64,000 nt of DNA from an uncultured Acidobacteriota bacterium (GTDB lineage: Bacteria; Acidobacteriota; UBA6911). Shown here piece after piece: positions 9,578-19,808 of this stretch. Location of the stretch: positions 64,377 through 128,376 of the forward strand of contig CAZYXB010000002.1 in NCBI GenBank assembly GCA_964651155.1, written 5' to 3'. The notes under the pieces were generated by a model, which was given only the letters and a program-made list of their open reading frames with translations, was not told where the DNA came from and made no database searches. Every line of letters starts with the position of its first letter. The stretch's first letter is position 1. The translations under genes were made by a program, and so were the position numbers.

Positions 9578-11839
9578 TCAGAACAGGCTGTTTTGTTCCA
9601 TCATGCTCCCGAGGCTCCCGATCCCCTTCAGCCAGAAGGAAAAACTGAACTGCGATTCCGTCCGGGCGTCCAGGGAGAATTGCCTGAATTCCGACGACAG
9701 GCTGCAGCAGTCCCACGCGTAGCCGACCCGGGTCCGGCTGTTCAGCAGCTGGTCGGACTGGAAATTATAGCTGATCGACACGCTCGATGCGAGCCCGCGC
9801 GCGGGTGTCCCGTAGCTGATTTCGCTCTGCAGCTGGCTGGCCGAGAGCATGCCGGGTTCCGTTTCGATCGCCCGGAAATAGGTCCCAGACAGACTGAAGG
9901 ACCCCTGCTGCCAGCCGGTCGACAAGCCGACGTTGCGCCAGCGGCGGAGTTTGGTGTCGTAGTCGGCCCGAATGTCCTGGTACATCCTGTCCTTGATCCG
10001 GACCCGGATTTCGGCGCTGAGGGGCGAAAATACCCTCTCGACCCCGGTCCCGTAGAATCCCGTGGTCGTGTAGAGCGGGTAGAAGGCGTTGGCCCGCCCC
10101 GACCGGAACGCTCCACCGAACGAAGGGTCGAAGTAATACTTCTGCGCAAGCGCGACGGTCAAAAACTCCCGCTTCTCGGTTGCCCCCGAGCCGTTTTGGC
10201 CGCGCGTGTAGAACCGGTTCACGATCCCGTACTCGAATTCGTTGGTGTCGGCGACGGCATCGTAAGCGTCGAACCGGATGATGCGTTCGAGGTCGCCCGC
10301 GCCCCGGATCCAGCGGTAGGTCGCATAGGGCAGGACGGCGTGGCGGAACGGGCCGGCCCAGGAGGGGGCATAGTCTTTTTCAAGGTACGGCGTTTTGAGG
10401 TCGACCTCCAGGTCCGTATAGCCCCGGCGGAAGCCCTGGTTGCGGATGCCCGTGAGGGCGTCGGCGTCTATCCGCGCCCCGTAGTAGGTTTCCCGCACGC
10501 CGAACGACGGCACGACGGAAAAACCGGCCAGCGCCGGGAGGCGGAGGGCCAGGCGCGGGTGGATGTCGAGGCGCTGCACGATGCTTTCCGTGTCGATGCC
10601 GCCGTCCCTCCTGGACAGGCCGCCGACGGAGGACTCGAAGCTGTAGAGCAGCCCGGTGGCGCCGACCGGGGTTTCCCGGGACGAGAGGCCGATCGACGGG
10701 ATGTTCCACGTCACCAGGGACTGGACGGGAAAGGTCACCTCCTGGCGCTGGAACGATATGTTGGTGGAGACGTTGTCCCGGTTCTGGGTCAGAAACACGT
10801 CGACATGCTCGGTCGCGACCGTCGCTTTGTTGAAGCTGTCGGCGAAGGCCTGGCGGAATTCGAAGCTGGAGGTGATGTTGACCCTCGCCACCGCGCGCCA
10901 GTCTCCCGGCAGGCGGGTCTCCCCGTCGACGACCAGCCGCACCCCGCCCTGGTCCCTCCGGTCCCGGATCCCGTAGGCTTCGATGTCGAAAAACGTCTGC
11001 GGATTCGGCCGCGTCCGCACTGTTACGCCCAGCGCCAGCCCCCGGAGGCTGAAGTAGTCCCCGAAAAGGCTCAGGTCCGCGCTCCGGCCGAGCGTCTGGT
11101 AGTATCCCTGGCTGAAGACGCGCCCCTTCGACGTGGAGGTCCCCGTCTGGAAAGTCGTGAATCCGCTGCTGCGCTTCTTTTTCTCCAGCGGGAGGACCGT
11201 ATACGGGGTGTAGAAGACGGGGACCCCCTTGATCTTCAGGAAGGTGTTGCGGAGGCGCGCCGTGTGGTCCAGGCGGATGTCCGCGCGAGAGGCGGTGAAC
11301 TGCCACTTGGGATTGTCCTCCCGGCAGGAGGTGATCGCCGCGTCGTGGATCCGGTAGGTGTCCGCCCCCGTTTTGATCAGCTCCCGGCCGAATATCGAGA
11401 ATTCGCGGTCGGTGTATCCCCTGGCGTCGTAGCAGGTGCCCGTCTGGGATCTGAAGTTGAAGTCCGCCCTCGAGCATGTGAGCCACTGGTCCCCCTGGCT
11501 GAAGCGGGTCTCCCCGACCGTGTGCCCGTCGCCGGTTTCGACGTCGTATTCGGCTTCGTCGGTCGTGATGGCGAAATCCCCGAAGCGGATCTCCACGTTG
11601 CCCTGCACGCGGCGGAGGACCTTTCCGAGATCCTGGTAGTCTGAGACCAGGACGACCGTCCCCTCACGGTACGGGATCTCGGTGCGGCTGCGGGTGTCCG
11701 CCTCGGGCTGGCCTCCTCCGCAGGCCGTCGGCAGCGGCCCGAAGGCCGCCATCACCAGCCCGAGCAGGAGGACTCTGAATCGAATGCCGCCGTTTGTGCC
11801 GCGGCGGGGTACAATCGGCCGGTTTGGGTGTAGGAGCAA
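9578..11839 (-). CDS. lptD: LPS-assembly outer-membrane protein LptD (OstA family)
   Basis: 753 aa with an N-terminal OstA-like domain and a large C-terminal beta-barrel. Only a TTG start at 11839 provides the signal peptide (RFRVLLLGLVMAAFG). Confidence 0.8.
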   Translation of the reverse strand: MLLHPNRPIVPRRGTNGGIRFRVLLLGLVMAAFGPLPTACGGGQPEADTRSRTEIPYREGTVVLVSDYQDLGKVLRRVQGNVEIRFGDFAITTDEAEYDVETGDGHTVGETRFSQGDQWLTCSRADFNFRSQTGTCYDARGYTDREFSIFGRELIKTGADTYRIHDAAITSCREDNPKWQFTASRADIRLDHTARLRNTFLKIKGVPVFYTPYTVLPLEKKKRSSGFTTFQTGTSTSKGRVFSQGYYQTLGRSADLSLFGDYFSLRGLALGVTVRTRPNPQTFFDIEAYGIRDRRDQGGVRLVVDGETRLPGDWRAVARVNITSSFEFRQAFADSFNKATVATEHVDVFLTQNRDNVSTNISFQRQEVTFPVQSLVTWNIPSIGLSSRETPVGATGLLYSFESSVGGLSRRDGGIDTESIVQRLDIHPRLALRLPALAGFSVVPSFGVRETYYGARIDADALTGIRNQGFRRGYTDLEVDLKTPYLEKDYAPSWAGPFRHAVLPYATYRWIRGAGDLERIIRFDAYDAVADTNEFEYGIVNRFYTRGQNGSGATEKREFLTVALAQKYYFDPSFGGAFRSGRANAFYPLYTTTGFYGTGVERVFSPLSAEIRVRIKDRMYQDIRADYDTKLRRWRNVGLSTGWQQGSFSLSGTYFRAIETEPGMLSASQLQSEISYGTPARGLASSVSISYNFQSDQLLNSRTRVGYAWDCCSLSSEFRQFSLDARTESQFSFSFWLKGIGSLGSMMEQNSLF

Positions 11840-12017
11840 CGGTAATAGACCTCAAGCGCCTGGATTCGGATGGCAACGGCACAGGACCGGTCCCATCTCC
11901 GATACGATACTACGGCGCTATTGTATACACAGTCGCATTTTATTGATACCGGTCCTGCATTTTTGTGCATTGTAGCCTGGCGGCGGCCGGCGCCTTGTGC
12001 CGAAGCGTGCGCCGTGC

Positions 12018-12063
12018 GTGCCGTCCGCTGTCCGGCATGGGTGCCGTCCGCTGTCGGCATGGG
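12018..12063. repeat. Near-perfect 23/24-nt tandem direct repeat upstream of the gap operon promoter (candidate operator)
   Basis: gtgccgtccgctgtccggcatggg immediately followed by gtgccgtccgctgtcggcatggg. Confidence 0.8.
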
Positions 12064-12084
12064 CAAAAAGCCCGAAATCGGCGC

Positions 12085-12112
12085 TTACAACTCGAATCGC
12101 ATGGCGTATAAT
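12085..12112 (+). promoter_or_regulatory. Putative sigma70-type promoter of the gap-pgk-tpiA-secG operon
   Basis: TTACAA, 16 nt, TATAAT, about 85 nt upstream of the gap start, in an AT-richer intergenic region. Confidence 0.45.
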
Positions 12113-12195
12113 TGTAGCTTCCGTTGCATGCATGTTTCGAATGCTTCTTAGAACCAGTGTCCATTGTTTCGTGGACGATACGTGGAGGTAAGGCT

Positions 12196-13191
12196 ATGGG
12201 AGTCAGAGTCGGCATTAACGGTTTTGGCCGTATCGGGAGGAATTTCGTGCGGTGCTGCCTGAATGATCCCGCGATCGAGGTCGTGGGCGTCAACGACATC
12301 ACGAGCCCCGAAGTCCTGGCCCATCTGCTCAAGTACGATTCCGTCCTGGGACGGATAGGCGGCACGGTGGAACTCGAGGACGGCGATCTGGTCATCAACG
12401 GCAAGCGCGTGAAAGTCTACAGCGAGCGGGATCCGGGCAAGCTCGACTGGAGTTCGCTCGGCGTCGAAGTCGTCGTCGAGTCCACGGGGCTGTTCCGGGA
12501 CCGCGAAAAGGCCAAATCCCACCTGAAGGGGAGCGTCCGGAAGGTCGTCATTTCGGCCCCGGGCAAGGATGTGGACGGCACCTTCTGCATCGGGATCAAC
12601 ATGGAGTCCTACGACCCCGGGAAACACCACATCATCTCCAACGCTTCCTGCACGACGAACTGCCTCGCGCCCGTCGCGAAGGTCCTCGACAGGGAATTCG
12701 GGATCGAATCGGGCTTCATGACGACCATACACAGCTATACCAACGACCAGAACCTGCTCGATCTGCAGCACAAGGATCTGCGGCGGGCCCGGGCTGCGGC
12801 CATCAACCTGGTTCCCAGCTCCACGGGTGCGGCCAAGGCCATCGGGCTGGTTCTGCCGCAGCTCGAAGGCAAGCTCGACGGCATCGCCATACGCGTCCCC
12901 ACCCCCAACGTCTCGCTCGTCGACCTGGTGGTCAACGTCGCGCACGATGCCGGCAGGGAAGAGGTGAATGCGGCCTTCCGAAAGGCCTCCGAAGGCGAGC
13001 TCAAGGGGATCCTGGGATATACCGAAGAGCCTCTGGTCTCTTCGGACTATATGCAGGCTTCGGTGTCGGGCACCGTCGACGCCCTGGAGACGAAGGTGAA
13101 CGGAAAGATGATCAAGACCCTCGCCTGGTACGACAACGAATGGGGGTATTCCTGCCGCCTGCAGGATCTCGTCAAGTTCGTCGGCCGCTGA
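12196..13191 (+). CDS. gap: Glyceraldehyde-3-phosphate dehydrogenase (type I)
   Basis: [15 protein letters not shown]...[25 protein letters not shown] upstream. The ORF-track start at 12124 is rejected. Confidence 0.95.
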   Translation: MGVRVGINGFGRIGRNFVRCCLNDPAIEVVGVNDITSPEVLAHLLKYDSVLGRIGGTVELEDGDLVINGKRVKVYSERDPGKLDWSSLGVEVVVESTGLFRDREKAKSHLKGSVRKVVISAPGKDVDGTFCIGINMESYDPGKHHIISNASCTTNCLAPVAKVLDREFGIESGFMTTIHSYTNDQNLLDLQHKDLRRARAAAINLVPSSTGAAKAIGLVLPQLEGKLDGIAIRVPTPNVSLVDLVVNVAHDAGREEVNAAFRKASEGELKGILGYTEEPLVSSDYMQASVSGTVDALETKVNGKMIKTLAWYDNEWGYSCRLQDLVKFVGR

Positions 13192-13237
13192 CCGCGGCGG
13201 ATCCGCAATTCCCGAAGGCATGGAGGCCAAGACAGCC

Positions 13238-14428
13238 ATGGCGAAAATCACGATTCACGATCTGGATCTGGAAGGGAAGAAGGTGTTCGTGCGGGTGGAT
13301 TTCAACGTTCCCCTGCAGAATTCCCGGGTCGCGGACGACCTCCGCATCCGCGAGGCGCTCCCGACGATCCGCTACGCCGTCGACCGTGGGGCGGTGTGCA
13401 TCCTGGCGTCCCACCTGGGACGGCCCAAAGGAAAGCCGAAGCCCGAGTTCAGCCTAGCCCCGGTGGTGGCGCACCTGTCGGAGCTTCTGGGCAGGAAGGT
13501 GCTGTTTGCAGAGGACTGCGTCGGGGAGGAGGCGCGCCATCAGGTGGGCGCAGCCCGTCCCGGGGATGTCGTCCTGCTCGAGAACCTGCGCTTTCATCCC
13601 GGGGAAGAGGCCAATGACCCGGAGTTCGCCCGGCAGCTGGCGGCGCTGGCCGATGTCTACGTCAACGACGCCTTCGGCAGCGCCCATCGCGCGCATGCGT
13701 CGACCGAGGGGATCACGCACCACATGGCCCGGGCGGCGGCGGGATTGCTGATGGAAAAGGAGCTGCGCTACCTGGGGGACGCGCTCCATCGCCCGGAGCA
13801 TCCTTTCGTCGCGATCCTCGGCGGCGCCAAGATCTCCGACAAGATCCGGGTCATCGAAAACCTTCTCGGGAAAGTGGACCGGCTTCTGGTCGGCGGCGCC
13901 ATGATGTTTACGTTCCTCAAAAGCCGGGGGGCCCAAATCGGGAAATCCCTGTGCGAGCACGACAAGCTCGATCTGGCCGGCAGCCTGATGTCCGGCGCCG
14001 GGGGGGAGAAGATCGTTCTGCCGGTCGATGCGGTTGCCTCCTCGGGCCCCGACGACGCATCCGGGGCCCGGGTGGTCGCAGCCGGGGAGATTCCCGAAGG
14101 CGCGATGGGCCTCGATATCGGCCCGGAGACAAGCGCCCGGTATGCGGCCATCATCCGCGGCGCCCGGACCATCGTGTGGAACGGCCCCATGGGGGTGTTC
14201 GAGAAGGAAGCGTTCGCCGCGGGGACGATGGCCGTGGCGCAGGCGGTGGCGGACTCCGGCGCCGTCAGCGTCATCGGCGGCGGGGATTCGGCCGCCGCGG
14301 TTGCCAAGGCCGGGGTTTCGGACCGGATCACCCACGTCTCGACGGGCGGGGGCGCTTCGCTGGAATTTTTGGCGGGGATCGAGCTCCCCGGCGTTGCGGC
14401 CCTGACCGACCGCGCCGCCGCGTTTTAA
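13238..14428 (+). CDS. pgk: Phosphoglycerate kinase
   Basis: [33 protein letters not shown] 10 nt upstream of the ATG at 13238. Confidence 0.95.
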   Translation: MAKITIHDLDLEGKKVFVRVDFNVPLQNSRVADDLRIREALPTIRYAVDRGAVCILASHLGRPKGKPKPEFSLAPVVAHLSELLGRKVLFAEDCVGEEARHQVGAARPGDVVLLENLRFHPGEEANDPEFARQLAALADVYVNDAFGSAHRAHASTEGITHHMARAAAGLLMEKELRYLGDALHRPEHPFVAILGGAKISDKIRVIENLLGKVDRLLVGGAMMFTFLKSRGAQIGKSLCEHDKLDLAGSLMSGAGGEKIVLPVDAVASSGPDDASGARVVAAGEIPEGAMGLDIGPETSARYAAIIRGARTIVWNGPMGVFEKEAFAAGTMAVAQAVADSGAVSVIGGGDSAAAVAKAGVSDRITHVSTGGGASLEFLAGIELPGVAALTDRAAAF

Positions 14429-14473
14429 GCGCCGGGGCCTTTCCCGGAGGGCCGGAACGAAGATGGAGGATGC

Positions 14474-15229
14474 ATGGCACGGATGCCCGTGATCGCCGGA
14501 AACTGGAAGATGCACAAGACGGTCGGGGAGGCGCGCGCCCTGGCCGAGGCCGTCAGGGAGGGCGCCTCCGGGGCGTCGCACTGCCAGGTCGTGCTGGCGC
14601 CCCCCTACACGGCCCTGCACGCCGTAGCGGAGGTGCTGAGGGATACGGCGCTGATCCTCGCGGCCCAGAACGTGCACTGGGAGCCCCGGGGTGCTTTTAC
14701 CGGGGAAATCAGCCTCCCGATGCTCCAGGATGTCGGGTGCCGGATGGTTCTGATCGGCCATTCCGAGCGCAGGCAGCATTTCGGGGAAACCGACGCCACC
14801 GTCAACCGCCGGCTGCGCGCCCTGCTGTCCACGGCGCTCGATCCGATCGTCTGCATAGGGGAGTCGCTCGGGGAACGGGAATCGGGGCGTCACTATGATG
14901 TCGTTACGCAACAACTTGTAGGGGGGCTGGACGGCTTGACACGGGGGGACCTGGCGCGTATTATTCTGGCCTACGAGCCTGTATGGGCCATCGGTACCGG
15001 CCGTACGGCATCGCCCGAAACGGCGCAGGAGATGCACGCCTGCATCCGCAGGTGGCTTTGGGAGACTTTCGGGGACGAGGCCCAGGAGGTTCGCATTATA
15101 TACGGCGGCAGCGTCAAGCCCGATAACATCGCATCCCTGATGCGGCAGCCGGACATCGACGGTGCCCTGGTGGGTGGCGCGTGCCTTGAAGCGCGGAGTT
15201 TTTTGGATATCATCCACTATCAATCCTGA
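14474..15229 (+). CDS. tpiA: Triosephosphate isomerase
   Basis: IAGNWKMHK...AYEPVWAIGTG...IIYGGSV. GGAGGA RBS. Confidence 0.95.
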   Translation: MARMPVIAGNWKMHKTVGEARALAEAVREGASGASHCQVVLAPPYTALHAVAEVLRDTALILAAQNVHWEPRGAFTGEISLPMLQDVGCRMVLIGHSERRQHFGETDATVNRRLRALLSTALDPIVCIGESLGERESGRHYDVVTQQLVGGLDGLTRGDLARIILAYEPVWAIGTGRTASPETAQEMHACIRRWLWETFGDEAQEVRIIYGGSVKPDNIASLMRQPDIDGALVGGACLEARSFLDIIHYQS

Positions 15230-15259
15230 GCCCCGGGGGAAAGCAGGTAGCTGAATCCA

Positions 15260-15694
15260 ATGTTTCTATTTTATAGCGTTACCGCACTGCACATTCTTGT
15301 CTGCATCATTCTGGTTCTCGTCGTGCTTCTCCAGTCGGGGAAGGGAGCGGATCTGGCCGGCGCATTCGGCGGCGGCGCCACGCAGACCGCGTTCGGAAGC
15401 CGGGGGCCCGCCTCGTTCCTGTCGAAGATGACGTCGATCGCGGCCGTTATTTTCATGCTGACAAGCATCGGGCTGTCGATGATCTCGACGAAGACGGCGA
15501 GCCGGTCCGTCCTTGAAGGGGTTCTGGAGGAGACGGCGGCGCCACAGCCCGAAACCAAGCGACCTGCATCCGATGTGCCCAGCCTCACCCCGGAGCAGAT
15601 CCAGAGAATGTACGAACAGGAGCTGGAGTCGCAAAAGGGGGATCCTTCCACCGCGCCGCAGGCAACGCCCGATCTCCAGCCGGAGACTCCATAG
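15260..15694 (+). CDS. secG: Preprotein translocase subunit SecG
   Basis: N-terminal TM helix, LLQSGKGADLAGAFGGG motif, position after tpiA (conserved synteny). Confidence 0.85.
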   Translation: MFLFYSVTALHILVCIILVLVVLLQSGKGADLAGAFGGGATQTAFGSRGPASFLSKMTSIAAVIFMLTSIGLSMISTKTASRSVLEGVLEETAAPQPETKRPASDVPSLTPEQIQRMYEQELESQKGDPSTAPQATPDLQPETP

Positions 15695-15751
15695 ACGTAG
15701 TGACGCGCAGGCGGTGGAATGCAACCGGCGGTCCCTGCGGGACCGCACAAG

Positions 15752-15836
<85 letters not shown>

Positions 15837-16099
15837 AATGCAGCCGGTTTGTCCGCGTGCCCGGCTCGCTCCGTCGTGCAGGTCCGCCCCGTTTCATGCC
15901 CAGACCAAGACATTTCCCCCGGCGCCGGGACGCCATGTCCGGAAGCCGGATTGTTTGCCGCAGGCGCGCCGCGGAATTGCATTACAAAGGGCGATCGATG
16001 GGGTACAATGCCGATGAGTGCTGGAGGCGGCGACCCGTCGGTTGCCAAGGTGTACTGTGAATCATGAAAGACGGTCCTGGTGTCCGACCATAGACTCCT

Positions 16100-16441
16100 A
16101 TGCATATAGACAAAACGATGGCGATGGAACGCGTCGACGGCGACAAGCTCCTGCTGGCCGAGCTCGCCGGGATGTTTCTGGATGACTACCCCCGTTTGAT
16201 GCGCGAACTGCGCGACTCCACCGAGGCGCGCGATTACGCCGTGGCCGAAAGGACCGCGCACACGCTCAAGGGGAGGCTGGCTTTTTTCGGGCTGGAAAAG
16301 GCCCGGGACCTGGCGTTGCGTCTCGAGATGATGGGCCGGCAGTGCGAGATGACCGAAGCGCCTCCGGTCATCTCGGACCTGGACGCGGTTGTGCAAAGCG
16401 CGCTGCCCGAGTTCCGGTCCCTGTCGGCGATATCCGGGTAA
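16100..16441 (+). CDS. Stand-alone Hpt (histidine phosphotransfer) domain protein
   Basis: HTLKGRLAFFG matches the HxxKG phosphorylatable-His motif. About 110 aa, all helical. Confidence 0.7.
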   Translation: MHIDKTMAMERVDGDKLLLAELAGMFLDDYPRLMRELRDSTEARDYAVAERTAHTLKGRLAFFGLEKARDLALRLEMMGRQCEMTEAPPVISDLDAVVQSALPEFRSLSAISG

Positions 16442-16466
16442 GCAATCGGGCTGTCTGGAGGACGGA

Positions 16467-17417
16467 CGCATGAGGGTTCTATTGGCCGATGACGACGATG
16501 TGTACCGCCACGCCATCCGGAAAACCCTTGAGGGATGGGGATACCGGGTGACGAGCGTCGGCGACGGCAGGGAGGCGATGCGCCTCCTCACGCTCGAGGA
16601 CAGGCCGAATCTGGTGATCCTGGACTGGATGATGCCCGGCATGGACGGCATGGACATCCTCTGCCGCGTGCGCGCAGCCTACAACGTGCCGTATGTGTAC
16701 ATCCTGCTCGCGACGGCGAGGGATGGCAAGGCCGACATGATAGCGGGCATGGAGGCGCAGGCGGACGACTACCTGGTGAAGCCGTTCGATCTTCGGGAGC
16801 TGCGGGCCCGGTTGCAGGCGGGGCGCCGCATCGTCGAGCTCCAGGACGCTCTGGCCTCCAGGCAGCAGGAGCTCAGTCACCAGGCCACGCACGACCCCCT
16901 GACCGGCATCTGGAACAGGACGGCCGTCCTGGATATCCTGGAACGGGAAGCCAGCAGCTCCCGCAGCCGGAAAACCCCGCTCTGCCTGGCCCTGGCCGAC
17001 ATCGACCATTTCAAAGAGATCAACGATACCTACGGCCATGTGTCGGGGGACGCCGTTCTCATCGAGGTGACGCGGCGCATACAGTCTTCGGTGCGCCGCT
17101 ACGACACCTTCGGCCGGTACGGCGGCGACGAGTTCCTCCTCGTTGTGCCGGGCCTGGACGCGCTGCAGGCCCGGTACACGGCCGAAAGAATCAGGATCCG
17201 GGTCGCCGCCCAACCCTGCTCCATCCTGGAACAGGAGATCCGCGTCACTCTCAGCATGGGGATTTCGGCCCATACCGGAGCGGGCAGCGCGGCCTCCCTG
17301 CTGCAGGCGGCCGACGAGGCCCTGTACCGGGCGAAAGCCCGCGGCCGAAACAGTGTGGAACTGGCCCGGGGTGGCGCCGACAACGTGAGGCTGTTCCCCC
17401 AAAGGAATTCCGGCTGA
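16467..17417 (+). CDS. Response regulator with receiver and GGDEF (diguanylate cyclase) domains
   Basis: MRVLLADDD...LDWMMPGMDG (REC) followed by RYGGDEF and flanking DGC motifs. The ORF-track start at 16389 is rejected. Confidence 0.85.
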   Translation, partial: RMRVLLADDDDVYRHAIRKTLEGWGYRVTSVGDGREAMRLLTLEDRPNLVILDWMMPGMDGMDILCRVRAAYNVPYVYILLATARDGKADMIAGMEAQADDYLVKPFDLRELRARLQAGRRIVELQDALASRQQELSHQATHDPLTGIWNRTAVLDILEREASSSRSRKTPLCLALADIDHFKEINDTYGHVSGDAVLIEVTRRIQSSVRRYDTFGRYGGDEFLLVVPGLDALQARYTAERIRIRVAAQPCSILEQEIRVTLSMGISAHTGAGSAASLLQAADEALYRAKARGRNSVELARGGADNVRLFPQRNSG

Positions 17418-17441
17418 CGGCCCAACGAGTGGAGGCGACGC

Positions 17442-19352
17442 ATGGCACCTCTTTTCAGACGCCCGGGGGATTTCGGGCCGATCCGCCACCCCCCGCTGGT
17501 CAAAAAGCACCGCACGTACTACATCCTGGCCATCGGCGCCGCCCTGGTGCTGGCCTGCAGCCTGTATGTGGACGTCCGCGCGCCCGGGAGCGGCGTCCCC
17601 GGCCTCCTGCTGCGCGGTTTGTCCCTGCTGCTGGTCCTAGGCGCGATCGTCTACGGTTTCAAGCTGGAGCAGGAGGCGAAAAGATCCACCCTCAAATACA
17701 AAGAACTGCTCCTGGAGGCCAAGCAGAGGACGACCGAAATCATGGCGCTCTACGACACGTCCCAGGACGTTTCCGGCCAGCACCACCTGTCGTCTTTGCT
17801 GCAGATCATCGTTGGCAGGGCGATGTCGCTGCTGGCTACGCCCGGGTGTGCGCTTTTCCTATACGATGCCGAGCGCAATGATTTCGAGATCACCGTAGAG
17901 GTCGGGGTCGGGATGCCCGTCGGCACCCACATCCCCCTGCACGAAGGCCTCGGGGGCCGCGTGGCCGAAACCCTGGCGCCCGTGATCGTCAACGACTACC
18001 GCAACTGGCCCTACCGCTCCAGGGCGCTCGGCAGTCTGCCCATCGGCGCCACTGTCTGCGTCCCGATGATCCGGGGCGGGGAACTGATCGGCGTGCTGGG
18101 CGTGCACGAGAGCGGGGACACGCAGAGGGAATTCACCGATGCCGAGGCGCGCCTGCTGTCGCTGTTCGCCGACAACGCCGCCAGCGCCGTCTACAACGCC
18201 CGGCTGCTCGACCAGCTTCAGCACTCCAAGGAGCGGTTCCGGATCGCGGCCGAGTGCGCCAGCGACATCGTCTACGACTGGGATCTCGCCTCGGGGACCG
18301 TGGAGTATTTCGGCGCCAGCTCCGACAGGGTGCGTTCGCGGTCCCTGTCGTTGCCCACAACCAGAAAAGAGTACTGGGAGATGATCCACCCCGAGGACCG
18401 CGACCGGGTCAAGGAAGCGCTCGCGGCGCGCATGAAGGACGGGAGGCCCTTCTCGGACGAATACCGCGTCGTGGACAGGCACGGCGCCTACATCATCATC
18501 TCCGACCGCTCCACGGCCATCCGGAACTCCAACGGGGATGCGGTGAGGCTCATCGGCGCCGTGTCGAACATCACCGAGCGGAAGCAGGCCGAGCAGATGA
18601 AGACCGATTTCGTGTCGTTCGTGACGCACCAGCTGCGCACGCCGCTGTCGGGGGTCAAATGGATGCTCGAGCTCGTGACGGACTCCCTGGACAACCCCGA
18701 GGAGGCGCGCGCGTTCATCCGGGACGCGCAGCTGTCGACCGACCGCCTGATCGACCTGGTCAACGACCTTCTCGACGTCTCGAGGCTCGAGCGGGGGACG
18801 CTGCAGATCGACAGCCGGGAGGTTGACCTGGCGGAGCTGACCCGGAGCGTCATCGACGAGCTCAATCCGTTGATGCTCGAGAAGGAGCAGTCGCTGGTCT
18901 TCGAGCCCCCCGGGGAGCGGATTCCGGTGACGGCCGACCCGCAGCTGCTGCGCCAGGTCATCCTCAACCTTCTGTCGAACGCGATGAAATACACCCCGCG
19001 GGGCGGGGACATCCGCATCGGCATGGAGAAGCGGGGCCAGGTTCTCAACTGGGAGATCCAGGACAGCGGGATCGGCATTCCGAAGACCGACATGAAGATG
19101 CTGTTCGAGAAATTCTACCGGGCCGGGAATGCCCGGACCGTGGAGACCGAAGGGACCGGCCTGGGGCTCTACCTGGTGCGGCTGATCGTGGAGAAGCAGG
19201 GCGGGTGCGTCGAATGTGAATCGGAAGAGGGGCGCGGGTCCGTGTTTAAGTTTTGCCTGCCCCTGGCAGGCCCGATGAACGATCCGGGCCCTCTGGGTAT
19301 GGCCGGAAATTCCATGGGGGACCAACATGAAGGTGCTCTTGATCGAGGATGA
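17442..19352 (+). CDS. Membrane sensor histidine kinase (2 TM, GAF, PAS, HisKA, HATPase)
   Basis: Two N-terminal TM helices. GAF-like block (VPMIRGGELIGVLGV), PAS block, H-box FVTHQLRTPLSGV, N/G boxes (NLLSNAMKYT, DSGIGIP, GTGLGL). No receiver domain. Confidence 0.85.
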   Translation: MAPLFRRPGDFGPIRHPPLVKKHRTYYILAIGAALVLACSLYVDVRAPGSGVPGLLLRGLSLLLVLGAIVYGFKLEQEAKRSTLKYKELLLEAKQRTTEIMALYDTSQDVSGQHHLSSLLQIIVGRAMSLLATPGCALFLYDAERNDFEITVEVGVGMPVGTHIPLHEGLGGRVAETLAPVIVNDYRNWPYRSRALGSLPIGATVCVPMIRGGELIGVLGVHESGDTQREFTDAEARLLSLFADNAASAVYNARLLDQLQHSKERFRIAAECASDIVYDWDLASGTVEYFGASSDRVRSRSLSLPTTRKEYWEMIHPEDRDRVKEALAARMKDGRPFSDEYRVVDRHGAYIIISDRSTAIRNSNGDAVRLIGAVSNITERKQAEQMKTDFVSFVTHQLRTPLSGVKWMLELVTDSLDNPEEARAFIRDAQLSTDRLIDLVNDLLDVSRLERGTLQIDSREVDLAELTRSVIDELNPLMLEKEQSLVFEPPGERIPVTADPQLLRQVILNLLSNAMKYTPRGGDIRIGMEKRGQVLNWEIQDSGIGIPKTDMKMLFEKFYRAGNARTVETEGTGLGLYLVRLIVEKQGGCVECESEEGRGSVFKFCLPLAGPMNDPGPLGMAGNSMGDQHEGALDRG

Positions 19353-19725
19353 CAGGTTTTTGCGCCGGGCGTGCGAGACGGGCCTCAGGAAACAGGGCTT
19401 TGACGTCCTGACCGCCGACGACGGCGAGGAAGGCCTTCGGTGCGCACGCGAGCACGTCCCGGACCTCATCCTGCTCGACATGCTGATGCCCAAACTGTCG
19501 GGCATCGAGACCCTGGAGATTCTCAAGCGTGAGGAGCGGACGCGCGGCATTCCGGTTGTGATCCTGTCGAACACGTCCGACCAATCCGACAGAGACAAGG
19601 CCAGGGACCTGGGCGCCGCGGACTACCTGGTCAAGGCCTCCCTCTCGCTTCAGGACCTGGGGCGGAAGATAACCGGGTATCTCGCGGGCGGCAAGAGTGC
19701 GGATGATTCCGGGGCCCCTTCCTAG
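19327..19725 (+). CDS. Single-domain response regulator (CheY-like receiver)
   Basis: MKVLLIEDD...LLDMLMP...ADYLVKA. Overlaps the 3' end of the kinase gene by 26 nt. Confidence 0.8.
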   Translation: MKVLLIEDDRFLRRACETGLRKQGFDVLTADDGEEGLRCAREHVPDLILLDMLMPKLSGIETLEILKREERTRGIPVVILSNTSDQSDRDKARDLGAADYLVKASLSLQDLGRKITGYLAGGKSADDSGAPS

Positions 19726-19808
19726 CCGGGTTCCCCGAAGGCCCCGGCGACTCCCGCCGAACATGGAAGCCGGATGGGGCTGCCGCTGAAGCGTTCCCTT
19801 CCCGTGCC

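Noticed and set aside
9488-11644. 718-aa plus-strand ORF opposite lptD
   Set aside because: It is antisense to the LptD gene, which has clear domain homology. The translation has no motifs.
13454-15223. 589-aa minus-strand ORF spanning pgk and tpiA
   Set aside because: It is antisense to two glycolytic genes with canonical motifs.
15837-16100. Possible integrated element downstream of tRNA-Leu
   Set aside because: No integrase, no direct repeat of the tRNA 3' end, GC is normal, and the following genes are ordinary signalling proteins.
17859-19598. 579-aa minus-strand ORF opposite the histidine kinase
   Set aside because: It is antisense to a kinase with H, N and G boxes.
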